Assembly (NCBI GenBank): GCA_001567275.1
Contig: LNBX01000025.1
Span: 77,454-141,453, forward strand
Length of the DNA: 64,000 bases
Reading direction: 5' to 3'
Source: Bacteroidetes bacterium OLB10
GTDB lineage: Bacteria; Bacteroidota; Bacteroidia; AKYH767-A; OLB10
This document shows, one piece after another, positions 9,646-20,932 of this stretch. The translations under genes were made by a program, and so were the position numbers. The notes under the pieces were generated by a model. The model saw only the letters and a program-made list of their open reading frames with translations, was not told where the DNA came from and ran no database searches. Each line of letters begins with the position of its first letter. The first letter of the stretch is position 1.

Positions 9646-11172
9646 TTGAACATGATACAAATAAAAATAAATCATAAAGCAATTGCAGTAGTAATGGTAG
9701 GATCACTGCTGCTGGGATCGTGCAGAAAGAATTTTGAACGAATCAATGAAGATCCAAATAATCCAAAAGAGGTTCCTAATTCTTATTTGCTTACCGGTGC
9801 TCAACGTGGTATAATGGACAACACTATAGATGTATGGTGGGGCGCCAATGTGGGAAATCAATTAGGCCAGTATTGGTCTTCGAACCAATATACTTCTGAA
9901 AGCCGCTATAACTACCGCACAAACGTTACAAATAGCGCATGGCAGCGTTTTTATAGTGGTGCCAGTAATGATCAGCAAGTAAATGTTGGCGGATTGTATG
10001 AATTAGATCAGATCATTAAAAAATGTACTGAAGAACCTGATTTATCTTCTGTAGACGGAGATGTAAATAATCAGATTGCCGTTGCTACCATGCTTAAGGT
10101 TTGGTTATTCCAAAACATGACTGATACCTGGGGTGACATTCCTTACTCTGAAGCATTACAAGCAGAGAAAATTAAATCTCCGAAGTATGACAGTCAAGAG
10201 GATATTTACAAAGGGCTGATGAATGACCTGAATAATGCATTATCCTTAATTGATGTTGCTGCTTCAGGACCTAATGGTGATGTGGTTTATAATGGTGATA
10301 TGACACTATGGAAAAAGTTTGGCAATTCACTTAAAATGCGATTAGCTTTGAGAACTGCAGATAAAGATGCTGCAGCATCTCAGGCAGCATTTGAAGCAGC
10401 CAACACTGATGGTGCATTTACCTCCAACAGCGATAATGCATTGTTGCAATATGGTACTTACCCAAGCGGTAACCCCATTTACTACAACCGTTATATCTCC
10501 GGACGTAATGACTATTGCGCAAGTAATATATTCCTTGACAGTACACTTACTCCTTTAAACGATCCACGCAGAGAGTGCTTCTTTGCTCCTGCAAGTGCTA
10601 CAGGATTGTGGACAGGAGAAGTTTATGGATTATCTGAAGCTAACGGTGCACAAACTCCGAATTCACGTATCTCTCAGCGCTCTGCTTTAACATTGTCTGC
10701 TACTCTTCCGGGTATTTATTTGGATTATGCACAGGTAGAATTTATGCTTGCTGAAGCAGTTGAGCGTGGATGGAATGTAGGCGGTACTGCTCAGGATCAC
10801 TACAACAATGGTGTTACTGCAAGTATTGACTTCTGGACAGGCCTTAACGGAACTACCGGTGATGCGGCAGCTTATCTTGCTCAACCAGATGTAAATTATA
10901 CTACTGCTCCCGGTGACTGGAAACAAAAAATCGGAGTTCAGAAATGGATTGCTCTTTTTGATCAAGGAGTTCAGGGATGGGTTGAATGGAGAAGACTTGG
11001 ATTCACCAAACTTCAACTTCCTGCTGATGGTGTATTGGATGGTACAGGTATTCCAAGAAGAATGAAATATCCTGTATTGGAACAAACTCTTAACTCAGCA
11101 AATTATAATGCAGCTGTGGCTGCACAAGGCGCTGATGAGCAGGATACACGTATGTGGTGGGACAAACCATAA
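9646..11172 (+). CDS. susD: SusD/RagB family nutrient-binding outer membrane lipoprotein
   Basis: 508 aa, lipoprotein signal LLLGSC, TPR-like SusD fold composition, 13-bp gap after SusC. Confidence 0.85.
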   Translation: MNMIQIKINHKAIAVVMVGSLLLGSCRKNFERINEDPNNPKEVPNSYLLTGAQRGIMDNTIDVWWGANVGNQLGQYWSSNQYTSESRYNYRTNVTNSAWQRFYSGASNDQQVNVGGLYELDQIIKKCTEEPDLSSVDGDVNNQIAVATMLKVWLFQNMTDTWGDIPYSEALQAEKIKSPKYDSQEDIYKGLMNDLNNALSLIDVAASGPNGDVVYNGDMTLWKKFGNSLKMRLALRTADKDAAASQAAFEAANTDGAFTSNSDNALLQYGTYPSGNPIYYNRYISGRNDYCASNIFLDSTLTPLNDPRRECFFAPASATGLWTGEVYGLSEANGAQTPNSRISQRSALTLSATLPGIYLDYAQVEFMLAEAVERGWNVGGTAQDHYNNGVTASIDFWTGLNGTTGDAAAYLAQPDVNYTTAPGDWKQKIGVQKWIALFDQGVQGWVEWRRLGFTKLQLPADGVLDGTGIPRRMKYPVLEQTLNSANYNAAVAAQGADEQDTRMWWDKP

Positions 11173-11194
11173 AATTTAAAATATCCAACTTTCA

Positions 11195-11227
11195 GAGGCT
11201 GCCTGTTTTAGGCAGCCTCTTTTTTTA
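11195..11227 (+). terminator. rho-independent terminator after susD
   Basis: Perfect 10-bp stem AGAGGCTGCC/GGCAGCCTCT with loop TGTTTTA, followed by a T7 run. Confidence 0.8.
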
Positions 11228-11316
11228 TCAAAGAACTTCCTGATAATTTGTAAACTGAACAAAAATCAATAATCATTTTATTCATTATAATAACTTTGCC
11301 AAAAATTTAATTTCTA

Positions 11317-12702
11317 ATGCATCACACTTCCGTAAAAGAACTATTAAAAACATCCCCTTCGGGGCAAACAGTAACAGCAAAAGGATGGGTACGAACCCGA
11401 AGAGGAAATAAAAATATTTCGTTTATAGCATTAAATGACGGAAGCACCATTCATAACATACAGGCAGTAGCTGAACTCGCATCCTTCAGCGAAGATTTGA
11501 TGAAACAAATTACTACCGGCTCATGTGTGGCTGTTACAGGTGTTCTGGTAGCTTCACAGGGCCAAGGTCAAAATGTAGAAATACAGGCTAAAGAAATTCA
11601 GGTATTCGGTACGGCAGATGCCGAAAATTATCCATTGCAAAAGAAAGGTCACACCATGGAATTCCTTCGCGAAATTGCACACCTGAGGCCACGTACAAAC
11701 ACTTTTGGAGCTGTATTTCGCATACGTCATGCAATGGCTTATGCCATACACCATTATTTCAATAAGAATGGTTTCTATTACATACATACACCCATCATTA
11801 CAGGAAGTGATGCAGAAGGTGCAGGAGAAATGTTCAGAGTAACCACTCTGGATCTGAACAAACTTCCGCGTACAGAAGATGGTGAAATTAATTTTAAAGA
11901 AGATTTTTTTGGGAAAGAAACCAACCTCACCGTTTCAGGTCAGCTTGAAGGTGAACTGGCTGCTCTTGCATTAGGTAAAATTTACACATTCGGCCCTACC
12001 TTCCGTGCTGAAAACAGCAACACACCAAGACATCTTGCCGAATTCTGGATGATAGAGCCTGAAATGGCTTTTTATGAAGCAAAAGAAAACATGGATCTGG
12101 CCGAAGACATGCTGAAGTTTCTGATTAATTATGCACTTGAAAACTGTTATGACGATATAGAGTTCCTGAACAACATGTACGACAAGGAACTGATTGCGCG
12201 TTTACGAAGTGTAATTGAAAAACCATTTACACGACTGACATATACCGAAGCGATAGAAGTACTCACACCCAAAAATGCAACATTCGAATATCAGGTTGAA
12301 TGGGGTTCGGATTTGCAGAAAGAACATGAAAATCATCTTGTAGAACATTTCAAAGGACCGGTTATACTCACCGATTATCCCAAACAGATAAAAGCCTTCT
12401 ACATGAAACAAAATGATGATGGCAAAACCGTTCGCGCAATGGATGTTTTATTCCCCTGGATTGGCGAAATCATAGGTGGATCACAGCGCGAAGAAAATTT
12501 TGAAAAGTTAAGCAGCAGAATGAAAGAAATGCATATTCCTGAAAAGGAGATGTGGTGGTATCTCGACACCCGCAAATTCGGAACATGTCCTCATTCAGGA
12601 TTTGGTTTGGGTTTTGAACGTTTGATATTGTTTGTAACAGGAATGAATAATATACGTGATGTTATTCCGTTTCCGCGAACTCCCAAAAATGCAGAATTCT
12701 AA
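11317..12702 (+). CDS. asnS: asparagine--tRNA ligase
   Basis: 461 aa, class II aaRS motifs ([28 protein letters not shown]), AsnRS length, N-terminal OB fold. Confidence 0.9.
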   Translation: MHHTSVKELLKTSPSGQTVTAKGWVRTRRGNKNISFIALNDGSTIHNIQAVAELASFSEDLMKQITTGSCVAVTGVLVASQGQGQNVEIQAKEIQVFGTADAENYPLQKKGHTMEFLREIAHLRPRTNTFGAVFRIRHAMAYAIHHYFNKNGFYYIHTPIITGSDAEGAGEMFRVTTLDLNKLPRTEDGEINFKEDFFGKETNLTVSGQLEGELAALALGKIYTFGPTFRAENSNTPRHLAEFWMIEPEMAFYEAKENMDLAEDMLKFLINYALENCYDDIEFLNNMYDKELIARLRSVIEKPFTRLTYTEAIEVLTPKNATFEYQVEWGSDLQKEHENHLVEHFKGPVILTDYPKQIKAFYMKQNDDGKTVRAMDVLFPWIGEIIGGSQREENFEKLSSRMKEMHIPEKEMWWYLDTRKFGTCPHSGFGLGFERLILFVTGMNNIRDVIPFPRTPKNAEF

Positions 12703-12757
12703 TTCTTAGAAGCAATATAACCAAAGCCCCAACAGACGTGCAAAAAAATGAACGCTG

Positions 12758-13255
12758 ATGAACGAAAGACCGAAAATTAAATTAGAACTTACGACAACAG
12801 ACAAGACATTTGAAATTCTTGGTTGGATTTCAGTTCTTGCAATTTGGGTTTTTACAATCACAAACTACACGAACTTGCCCGACATAATTCCAACACATTA
12901 CAACGGTGCAGGACAAGTGGACGGTTTTGGTGGGAAAGGCTACATTTTTACTTGGCCGTTAATTGCAACATTTCTTTTTATTGGTCTGACAATCTTAAAT
13001 AAGTTTCCACACGTTTTTAATTATCCGACCAACATAACCGCAGACAACGCATTAAGAAAGTACACAAATGCGACACGACTGATTAGATATTTAAAGTTCA
13101 TTATTGTTATCGTTTTTGGACTAATTACTTTCAAGACAATTCAGAATGTAAACGGAGAAGCAAGTGGACTTGGGATTTGGTTTTTACCATTGACATTAGG
13201 ACTGATTTTTATTCCGCTGACTTACTTTGTGATAAAATCATTTAAGACAACATAA
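12758..13255 (+). CDS. DUF1648-like integral membrane protein
   Basis: 165 aa with four predicted TM helices. Family assignment is from memory only. Confidence 0.4.
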   Translation: MNERPKIKLELTTTDKTFEILGWISVLAIWVFTITNYTNLPDIIPTHYNGAGQVDGFGGKGYIFTWPLIATFLFIGLTILNKFPHVFNYPTNITADNALRKYTNATRLIRYLKFIIVIVFGLITFKTIQNVNGEASGLGIWFLPLTLGLIFIPLTYFVIKSFKTT

Positions 13256-13323
13256 CTATGATGAAGCAAGAAAGCACCGGCTATAACATAGTATAGCCAA
13301 AACCGATTAGTTTAATAAATACA

Positions 13324-13352
13324 AAAGGCTGTACCTGTTTGGTACAGCCTTT
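13324..13352. terminator. bidirectional hairpin terminator between convergent genes
   Basis: 12-bp perfect stem AAAGGCTGTACC/GGTACAGCCTTT with a 5-nt loop, A/T-rich on both flanks. Sits between the 3' ends of the 12758 (+) and 13379 (-) genes. Confidence 0.7.
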
Positions 13353-13378
13353 CTCATTCAATTCGTTTGTTCTATATT

Positions 13379-13600
13379 TTAATACTCATCTTCGTTAAAA
13401 AAGAAATCATCCTTAGTTGGATAATCAGGCCATATTTCTTCAATGCTCTCATACGATTCGCCCTCATCTTCCAGTTCCTGCAAATTCTCTACAACCTCAA
13501 CAGGTGCGCCAGAACGGATGGCATAATCAATCAATTCGTCTTTGGTAGCAGGCCAGGGCGCGTCTTCAAGATGCGAAGCTAATTCCAGTGTCCAATACAT
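13379..13600 (-). CDS. DUF2795 family small acidic protein
   Basis: 73 aa with the motif PATKDELIDYAIRSGAPVEVVENLQEL typical of DUF2795, and an acidic C-terminus. Confidence 0.55.
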   Translation of the reverse strand: MYWTLELASHLEDAPWPATKDELIDYAIRSGAPVEVVENLQELEDEGESYESIEEIWPDYPTKDDFFFNEDEY

Positions 13601-13716
13601 TTACTATTCTATAATTTAAAGTTTTACTCTGATATTAATCCCTTTTTTTAAGGGCTGCAAAAATATGTAAATAAAAACAGAAAAAACAAGTCTTTTTTTA
13701 CACAATTAAACGCAGA

Positions 13717-14268
13717 TTAAAGCCTTGGTTTCCAGGCTATTTCAGGTGTGTTGCGGACGAAACTGGAGTAACGTGCTACCATAAAAAGATAATCAGACAG
13801 CCTGTTAAGGTAAATGAGCACCTTGGGCTCTACCCACTCCTGCTGCTGCAAAGCGGTGGCCAATCGCTCTGCTCTGCGGCATACACAGCGCGCTATATGG
13901 CTGTGCGTGTTCACTGCATTGCCTCCTGCGAGAATAAACGATTTCAAAACAGGCAATTGCTCATTCATTCTGTCCATTTCTTTTTCAAGCAACTCAATAT
14001 CGCTATCGTGCAGGTCAGGTATTTTCATTCTTGATTTTTCAGGGTCAGAAGCTAAGGAAGACCCAATGGTAAACAACCTGTCCTGAATTTCGCGTAGCAC
14101 ATTCAGGCATTGGTCTTTTTCTTCAACCAAATCGGCAATCAATCCTATATAAGAATTCAGTTCGTCCACCGTACCATAAGCCTCAATACGGATATGATGT
14201 TTTTCAACTCTAGTGCCTCCAATCAGTGACGTTTTGCCCTGGTCACCGGTTTTAGTGTATATTTTCAT
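13717..14268 (-). CDS. cob(I)yrinic acid a,c-diamide adenosyltransferase (PduO-type ATP:cob(I)alamin adenosyltransferase)
   Basis: 183 aa. N-terminus MKIYTKTGDQGKTSL..G.RV.K matches the PduO/MMAB family. Confidence 0.8.
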   Translation of the reverse strand: MKIYTKTGDQGKTSLIGGTRVEKHHIRIEAYGTVDELNSYIGLIADLVEEKDQCLNVLREIQDRLFTIGSSLASDPEKSRMKIPDLHDSDIELLEKEMDRMNEQLPVLKSFILAGGNAVNTHSHIARCVCRRAERLATALQQQEWVEPKVLIYLNRLSDYLFMVARYSSFVRNTPEIAWKPRL

Positions 14269-14558
14269 TGATTTTTTATCTGAATAATGATTTGTAAAGC
14301 AACAAACCTATCAACATTTTGTTACTGATAAATATTACGGAGATTAAAAATGCTAACACTTAAGGTGTTTTTCTTTGGTAAGCGATTAGTTAATCTTTGT
14401 TAAACAGACAATTTTAATACAGTTATAGTTGTTTAAAATTCTTTAATTTGATAAAGTAAACTTACAAATTATTATTGATAGAAAATAAATACAGATGAAA
14501 AAAAACGCTGACACTACTTTTACTTGTCACTATCAGCTACACTTTAAAAGCTCAGAAT

Positions 14559-16073
14559 ATGGAGATACAAAAGCTGGGTGGACTGATGCAGATGATAGAC
14601 TTCTATTATGTGGATACAGTAAATAAAAGCAAACTGGTGGATGATGGCATACGTGCTATTCTGAAAGATTGCGATCCGCATTCGGTATATATTCCTGCCA
14701 ATGAACTCAAAGAGATGAATGAACCTTTGGTAGGAAAATTTGAAGGTGTGGGTATTCAGTTTAATATTCTGGATGATACCATTATGGTAACACAAACCAT
14801 TGCAGGTGGTCCGTCAGAGAAATTAGGAATAAGACCCGGTGACAGAATAGTAAATATTGACGGAAATAAAGTTGCAGGAATAAAAATTACCAATAAAGAT
14901 GTTATTTCGAAGTTGCGTGGCGATAAAGGTACTAAGGTAAAGGTGGATATTTACAGAAGAGGAGAACCTGAATTGCTTGCTTTTGAAATTACACGCGATA
15001 AAATTCCATTGACAAGTGTAGATGCTTCTTATAAAATTGAACCCGATATTGGATACATTAAAATCAGTCGCTTTGCTGACAATACAGTAGTTGAATTTAA
15101 AGAAGCTCTTGCAAAACTGAAAAGTCAGGGAATAAAAAATCTTATTCTTGATTTGTCCAGTAACGGAGGCGGATATCTCAATCGTGCCCATCAGCTTGCC
15201 GATGAATTTCTGAGTGATGGCAAATTAATTGTTTACACACAAGGACGCTCTCAGCCCCGCGAAGATTATTATTCTACTGCAACAGGTGGATGGGAAAAAG
15301 GCAAACTGGTTGTTATGATTAACGAATATTCTGCATCAGCAAGTGAAATTGTTACAGGAGCTATACAGGATTGGGACAGAGGATTGGTTGTTGGCAGACG
15401 CTCTTTCGGAAAGGGATTGGTACAAAAACCCTATTCATTCCCTGACGGAAGTGCAGTGCGACTGACTGTAGCACGCTATTACACTCCTTCCGGCAGATGT
15501 ATTCAAAAACCCTATCAGGAAGGCGATGAGCAGTATAGCGAAGATATCAGCAACCGCTTTAAACATGGAGAGTTGTATCATGCAGACAGTATTAAGTTCA
15601 ACGACTCACTGAAATATTTCACCAATGACAAAAGAGTGGTTTATGGAGGTGGTGGTATCATGCCCGATGTGTTTGTTCCGTTGGATACTATGTTCAGTAC
15701 AAAATATTATTCCGACCTGATTCGCAAAGCAGTGTTGAATGATTATTCACTCACCTATGCCGACAACAACCGCGCTAAGCTGAAAATGAAATATCCTGAT
15801 GTGGTTGCTTTTGACAAAGGTTTTATTATGGATGATGCAATGATGCAGGACTTTTATGCTTTTGCAGATAAAAAAGGTGTAGCCAAAGACGAAGAAGCAC
15901 TCAAACGTTCAGCAGAAATTATCAAAGCGCAGATTAAAGCATTAATAGCACGCGACCTGTATAACATTAGTGCTTACTTCTACATCATCAACAAAATGGA
16001 TGATACATTCCAAAAAGCAGTTCAGTCTATCAAGGACAATACCTTTGAGAAAATGAAAATTGCTGTGAGGTAA
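14559..16073 (+). CDS. ctp: S41 family carboxyl-terminal processing peptidase (Ctp). The N-terminal signal peptide appears displaced by a homopolymer frameshift upstream.
   Basis: PDZ domain, catalytic Ser region (SASASEIV) and Lys. The in-frame region 14499-14558 encodes KKTLTLLLLVTISYTLKAQN, a signal peptide, but the only ATG (14495) is out of frame because of an A8 run at 14498-14505. Confidence 0.8.
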   Translation: MEIQKLGGLMQMIDFYYVDTVNKSKLVDDGIRAILKDCDPHSVYIPANELKEMNEPLVGKFEGVGIQFNILDDTIMVTQTIAGGPSEKLGIRPGDRIVNIDGNKVAGIKITNKDVISKLRGDKGTKVKVDIYRRGEPELLAFEITRDKIPLTSVDASYKIEPDIGYIKISRFADNTVVEFKEALAKLKSQGIKNLILDLSSNGGGYLNRAHQLADEFLSDGKLIVYTQGRSQPREDYYSTATGGWEKGKLVVMINEYSASASEIVTGAIQDWDRGLVVGRRSFGKGLVQKPYSFPDGSAVRLTVARYYTPSGRCIQKPYQEGDEQYSEDISNRFKHGELYHADSIKFNDSLKYFTNDKRVVYGGGGIMPDVFVPLDTMFSTKYYSDLIRKAVLNDYSLTYADNNRAKLKMKYPDVVAFDKGFIMDDAMMQDFYAFADKKGVAKDEEALKRSAEIIKAQIKALIARDLYNISAYFYIINKMDDTFQKAVQSIKDNTFEKMKIAVR

Positions 16074-16124
16074 AATTTAAAAATTTATTGGATAAATAGA
16101 TGGCTATTCTATGAGTGAAGTTTC

Positions 16125-17105
16125 TCAATCCAGATACATCACTTTTTTCACTGCCTTAATGATTCGTTCCGGATTAGGCAGATAAGCATCAATTAATGTT
16201 GGTGCATAAGGCAAAGGCACATCTCCGCCTGTAACTCTTAGCACAGGTGCATCCAGATAATCGAAAGCTTCGCGCTGTACTTTAAAAGCAACTTCAGTGG
16301 CAATATTTGCCAGTGGCCACGACTCTTCAACAAAAACCATTCTGTTGGTTTTCTTTACCGATTCTATAACTGTTGCATAATCTATAGGACGCACGGTACG
16401 CAAATCAATAATTTCTGCATCAATATTTTCTTTGGCCAATTCTTCAGCAGCTTTGTATGCTGCTTTAATGATTTTTCCGAACGACACAATGGTAACATCT
16501 TTTCCGGGACGCTTGATATCAGCAACTCCTATGGGCATCAGGTATTCGCCTTCGGGCACTTCGCCTTTATCTCCATACATCTGTTCGCTCTCCATAAATA
16601 TCACCGGGTCGTTGTCGCGAATGGCAGATTTTAAAAGTCCTTTTGCATCTTTGGGATTGGAGGGTACAATTACTTTAAGTCCCGGGCAGTTGGCATACCA
16701 GCTTTCAAATGCCTGAGAATGTTGCGAGCTTAACATTCCTGCAGAAGCAGTAGGTCCGCGAAATACAATGGGTACATGAAACTGTCCACCGCTCATACTT
16801 TTTATTTTAGCAGCAGAGTTGATGACCTGATCTATTGCAACAAGAGAAAAGTTAAACGTCATAAATTCAATGATAGGTCTGAGTCCGTTCATGGCAGCGC
16901 CCACTCCTATTCCGGCAAAACCAAGTTCGGCAATGGGTGTGTCAATCACTCTTCTCGCACCAAACTCATCGAGCATACCCTGCGATACTTTATAAGCACC
17001 GTTGTACTCTGCTACTTCCTCTCCCATTAAAAATACCGATTCATCTCTGCGCATTTCTTCACTCATGGCTTCGCGCAATGCTTCACGAAATTGTATCTCC
17101 CGCAT
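16125..17105 (-). CDS. pdhB: pyruvate dehydrogenase E1 component beta subunit (transketolase-like)
   Basis: 326 aa with strong E1-beta signature ([34 protein letters not shown]). Confidence 0.9.
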   Translation of the reverse strand: MREIQFREALREAMSEEMRRDESVFLMGEEVAEYNGAYKVSQGMLDEFGARRVIDTPIAELGFAGIGVGAAMNGLRPIIEFMTFNFSLVAIDQVINSAAKIKSMSGGQFHVPIVFRGPTASAGMLSSQHSQAFESWYANCPGLKVIVPSNPKDAKGLLKSAIRDNDPVIFMESEQMYGDKGEVPEGEYLMPIGVADIKRPGKDVTIVSFGKIIKAAYKAAEELAKENIDAEIIDLRTVRPIDYATVIESVKKTNRMVFVEESWPLANIATEVAFKVQREAFDYLDAPVLRVTGGDVPLPYAPTLIDAYLPNPERIIKAVKKVMYLD

Positions 17106-17160
17106 ATCTGGTTTTTAAAAATTTAGAATAACAAAAATAGGTAAAACAGTTCTGAAAAAA

Positions 17161-18186
17161 CTAACTGCCCATTTGCGAATAACGCATCATCATTTCCTCT
17201 ACCTTGGAAACCATATCAGATGAGCCAATTACCAATGGTGTACGCTGATGCAATGATGAAGGCTGTAAATCCATTATCCTTGTAAATCCATCAGAAGCTT
17301 TGCCTCCTGCCTGCTCCACTATAAAAGCCAGCGGATTACACTCATACATCAGCCTTAACTTACCTTTGGAAGCCTTAGCTGTTGCAGGATAAATGTAAAT
17401 GCCACCTTTGAGCAGGTTGCGGTGAAAGTCAGCTACCAGCGAACCTATGTATCGTGAAGAATACGGACGTTTGGTTTTATCATCTTCTTCCTGGCAAAAC
17501 TTGATATACTTCTTCACTCCTTCGGGAAAATGCGCATAGTTGCCTTCATTTATGGAATAAATATATCCTTGCTTTGGAATTTTCATATCAGGATGCGACA
17601 GACAAAACTCACCTATGGATGGATCAAGTGTAAATCCGTTTACTCCCTTTCCTGTGGTGTAAACCATCATTGTTGAAGAGCCGTAAATGACATAGCCTGC
17701 AGCTACCTGCTCAGTACCTTTCTGCATAAAATCAGTAAGGTTGCTTGCACCTGAGAGTGTGGTGCGTCTGTAAATAGAAAAAATTGTTCCTATCGAAACA
17801 TTCACATCTATGTTTGAAGATCCATCCAGCGGGTCAATGGCTACCACATACTTTGCATTTTTGGAAACTTCCGTATTGATAGGTACCATTTCTTCTACCT
17901 CCTCACTCGCTACAGCACAGGTTTCGCCACCGCTGCTCAATGCTGATATAAATTGTTCGTTGGCGTAAACATCTAATTTTTTTACTTCTTCACCCTGTAC
18001 ATTGGTACTTCCGTAGTCGCCTAAAATATCTACAAGGCCTGCTTTATTTACTTCGCGATTGACCATTTTAGCTGCTATACCAATATCTCGCAACAGCCGT
18101 GATAACTCTCCTTTTGCATAGGGAAAATCAGACTGACGCTCTATAATGAATTGTCCTAAGGTAATTACTCGTTGGGGAGTGTACAT
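17161..18186 (-). CDS. fbp: fructose-1,6-bisphosphatase class 1
   Basis: 341 aa with FBPase class I motifs ([22 protein letters not shown]). Confidence 0.9.
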   Translation of the reverse strand: MYTPQRVITLGQFIIERQSDFPYAKGELSRLLRDIGIAAKMVNREVNKAGLVDILGDYGSTNVQGEEVKKLDVYANEQFISALSSGGETCAVASEEVEEMVPINTEVSKNAKYVVAIDPLDGSSNIDVNVSIGTIFSIYRRTTLSGASNLTDFMQKGTEQVAAGYVIYGSSTMMVYTTGKGVNGFTLDPSIGEFCLSHPDMKIPKQGYIYSINEGNYAHFPEGVKKYIKFCQEEDDKTKRPYSSRYIGSLVADFHRNLLKGGIYIYPATAKASKGKLRLMYECNPLAFIVEQAGGKASDGFTRIMDLQPSSLHQRTPLVIGSSDMVSKVEEMMMRYSQMGS

Positions 18187-18382
18187 AATTTCGTTATCAG
18201 ATTATCTTGCAAAGATAAATAAAGGCATGGAATCACATAAAATGACATTAAGCAGTTTGGTTGAACTTTAAATATCATTTTTAATTATAGAATTTGTACC
18301 AATCAAGGAAGTTAAATAAATTTTATTCTGTTCTGACATGCGGATTCATTAGCTTTGTATATTGATTTAAAAACTTAACGAG

Positions 18383-19654
18383 ATGGATTCTGAAACAGCA
18401 AAAAATATGAAACCGGAAAGTCTGATGATGTCGTATGGTTACAAGCCTGAACTGTCAGAAGGAGCAGTGAAATGCCCGATTTTTCAGACATCCACATTTG
18501 TTTTTAAAAGTGCTGAAGAAGGAAAAGCATTTTTTGAAGTAGCTTACGGATTACGAAATGCTCAGGAAGGCGAAGAACTTGGTCTTATCTACAGCAGGAT
18601 AAACAATCCTGTTCTCGAAATTCTTGAAAACAGACTTACCCTTTGGGACGGTGCTGAAGACTGTGCCGTTTTTGAAAGTGGCATGTCGGCCATCACAACT
18701 GTATTGCTCGAGTTTTTAAAACCGGGCGACATGCTGCTGATAAGTAATCCCCTCTATGGCGGAAGCGATCATTTTATAAAAAAAATTCTTCCGAAATTCG
18801 GAATAGAAGTAATAGATTTTAAAGTAGGACAATGTAAAGAAGATATAATTAAAATTATAGATGCATCCGACCATGCCGATAAGCTTGCCTTTGTTTATAT
18901 AGAAACTCCTGCAAATCCTACCAACGATCTTATTGATATAGCATGCAGCAAAGAAATTGCAATGCATTATTCTGCAAAATATCAAAAAGAAATTTATCTG
19001 GCAGTTGACAACACCTATATGGGACCGCTGTGGCAACATCCGCTGAAACATGGCGCTGATTTGGTCTTATACTCTGCAACAAAATACATAGGTGGCCACA
19101 GTGATGTAATTGCAGGTGCCTGTCTGGGTTCAAAAGCGCTGATCAAAAGAGTGAAAGGTTTGCGAACTTTTCTTGGCAGCATGGCAGGGCCCAATACCGG
19201 ATGGCTTTTGTTGCGCAGCCTCGAAACACTTAAGGCGAGAATGGACATACAAGCATTTAATGCCAATAAAGTTGCTGCTTTTCTCACCGGTCATCCTCGA
19301 GTAGAGAAAGTTTATTTCCCCGGAAATCTGACTGAGAAGGACGGAGAACAATTTGTTATTAAAAACAAACAATGCCTCACCAATGGTGGAATGATTTCCT
19401 TTGATGTGAAAGGTGGAGAAAAAGAAGCCTTTCGTTTTTTGAATGCACTTAAACTTATTAAGCTTGCAGTAAGCCTCGGCAGTACAGAAAGTCTTGCAGA
19501 GCATCCCGCTACTATGACACATTCAGATGTGGATGCTGAACTAAAAAAAGAATTTTCAATTACAGAAAAAATGATCAGACTTTCTATAGGTGTAGAAAAT
19601 TACGAAGACATTATTTTTGATCTCAATCAGGCATTGGAAAAAACTACATCCTGA
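18383..19654 (+). CDS. Cys/Met-metabolism PLP-dependent enzyme (methionine gamma-lyase / O-acetylhomoserine sulfhydrylase-like)
   Basis: 423 aa with the PLP-lysine region SATKYIGGHSDVIAG and a trans-sulfuration family fold. Confidence 0.75.
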   Translation: MDSETAKNMKPESLMMSYGYKPELSEGAVKCPIFQTSTFVFKSAEEGKAFFEVAYGLRNAQEGEELGLIYSRINNPVLEILENRLTLWDGAEDCAVFESGMSAITTVLLEFLKPGDMLLISNPLYGGSDHFIKKILPKFGIEVIDFKVGQCKEDIIKIIDASDHADKLAFVYIETPANPTNDLIDIACSKEIAMHYSAKYQKEIYLAVDNTYMGPLWQHPLKHGADLVLYSATKYIGGHSDVIAGACLGSKALIKRVKGLRTFLGSMAGPNTGWLLLRSLETLKARMDIQAFNANKVAAFLTGHPRVEKVYFPGNLTEKDGEQFVIKNKQCLTNGGMISFDVKGGEKEAFRFLNALKLIKLAVSLGSTESLAEHPATMTHSDVDAELKKEFSITEKMIRLSIGVENYEDIIFDLNQALEKTTS

Positions 19655-19881
19655 TTACTTTTTTTTGATTGTTAATATCAATCAAAATACTTTTCTTGCT
19701 GTTCAGCGCACGTAATATTTTTTAAACCATACTGCAGGCTGTTTTGTTTAGTCTCAGAGTCTTTTAGAGTGACCCTTTAAAAGATTCGGAACAACTGACT
19801 TTTAAGATGTTAAATATTTTTTGTAACCTTTTTGAATGTCATTGCCTCTAATCACTAAACAACGGATAAAAAAATAATAAA

Positions 19882-20271
19882 ATGGAAACAGCAGAAAAAA
19901 ATAAAATATTGCAGCAGACCTTCAACTTACTTAAATACACATTTGTAATCCTGCCAATTGCAGCAGGCTTAGACAAGTTTTCAAATCTGCTTACCAACTG
20001 GGAGCATTATCTGAATCCGGCAATAGCAGGTTTACTTCCTTTTCCGCAAACAACTTTTATGATGATTGTTGGCGTTATAGAAATTATTGCGGGAATAATT
20101 GTTTTTAAAAAACCTGAGATTGGTGGTAATATTGTTGCTGCATGGCTTATGCTGATTGCAATAACCTTACTTACCTATCTGAACTATCTGGATGTTGCAG
20201 TGCGCGATGTGGTGATGGCTATTTCAGCCTTTGCAATGGCACAGTTAGCTAAAATTGTAAATCAAAAATAA
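19882..20271 (+). CDS. DoxX-like small membrane protein, first gene of the sigma-folE operon
   Basis: 129 aa, 3-4 TM helices, 7-nt gap to the ECF sigma gene. Confidence 0.4.
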   Translation: METAEKNKILQQTFNLLKYTFVILPIAAGLDKFSNLLTNWEHYLNPAIAGLLPFPQTTFMMIVGVIEIIAGIIVFKKPEIGGNIVAAWLMLIAITLLTYLNYLDVAVRDVVMAISAFAMAQLAKIVNQK

Positions 20272-20278
20272 TTCCAAT

Positions 20279-20932
20279 ATGCAGGCAATTGAAAAGTTAC
20301 ACGTCACAGAAATTATTGATCGCATTTTAAAAGGAGAAAAAGCACTTTATGAAATTATCGTAAGAAGATACAATCCCTGTCTGTATAAAGTTGGGAGAGC
20401 CTACAATTATAATCATGACGACACGCAGGACCTCATGCAGGACACCTACATTGATGCATACAAAAATTTGTCGAAGTATGAGGGCAGAGCCGATTTCAAA
20501 ACATGGATTATCCGCATTATGCTGAACAACTGCTACAGAAAAAAAGAAAAATCAAGTTTTAAAAACGAAATTATGAAAGACTCTTCTGAACATTCGCAAC
20601 CTGCATTTACCACAAGAAGCAACGATACTGATAAGATTTATCAGAACCGCGAGCTGGGTCGTGTGATAGAAACTGCTCTTGAAAAAATTCCGCTCGACTA
20701 TCGTTTGGTTTTCACCATGCGGAATATAAATGGATTGAATGTTGCGGAAACTGCAGCAGTACTAAACATCAGCGAAGCCAATGTAAAAGTCAGACTGAAC
20801 CGTGCAAAAACAATGCTTAAAAAACAAATTGAAAAAACCTACTCTCCTGATGAAATATTTGAATTCAACCTGGTGTATTGCGATGCCATGGTGGACAGAG
20901 TAATGAAAGTTATAAAAGAAACTGAAATATGA
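20279..20932 (+). CDS. RNA polymerase ECF-type sigma-70 factor with ~40-aa C-terminal extension
   Basis: Region 2 (DLMQDTYIDAYKNLSKY..FKTWIIRIMLNNCY) and region 4 HTH (NGLNVAETAAVLNISEANVKVRLNRAK). Overlaps folE by 4 nt (ATGA). Confidence 0.8.
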   Translation: MQAIEKLHVTEIIDRILKGEKALYEIIVRRYNPCLYKVGRAYNYNHDDTQDLMQDTYIDAYKNLSKYEGRADFKTWIIRIMLNNCYRKKEKSSFKNEIMKDSSEHSQPAFTTRSNDTDKIYQNRELGRVIETALEKIPLDYRLVFTMRNINGLNVAETAAVLNISEANVKVRLNRAKTMLKKQIEKTYSPDEIFEFNLVYCDAMVDRVMKVIKETEI

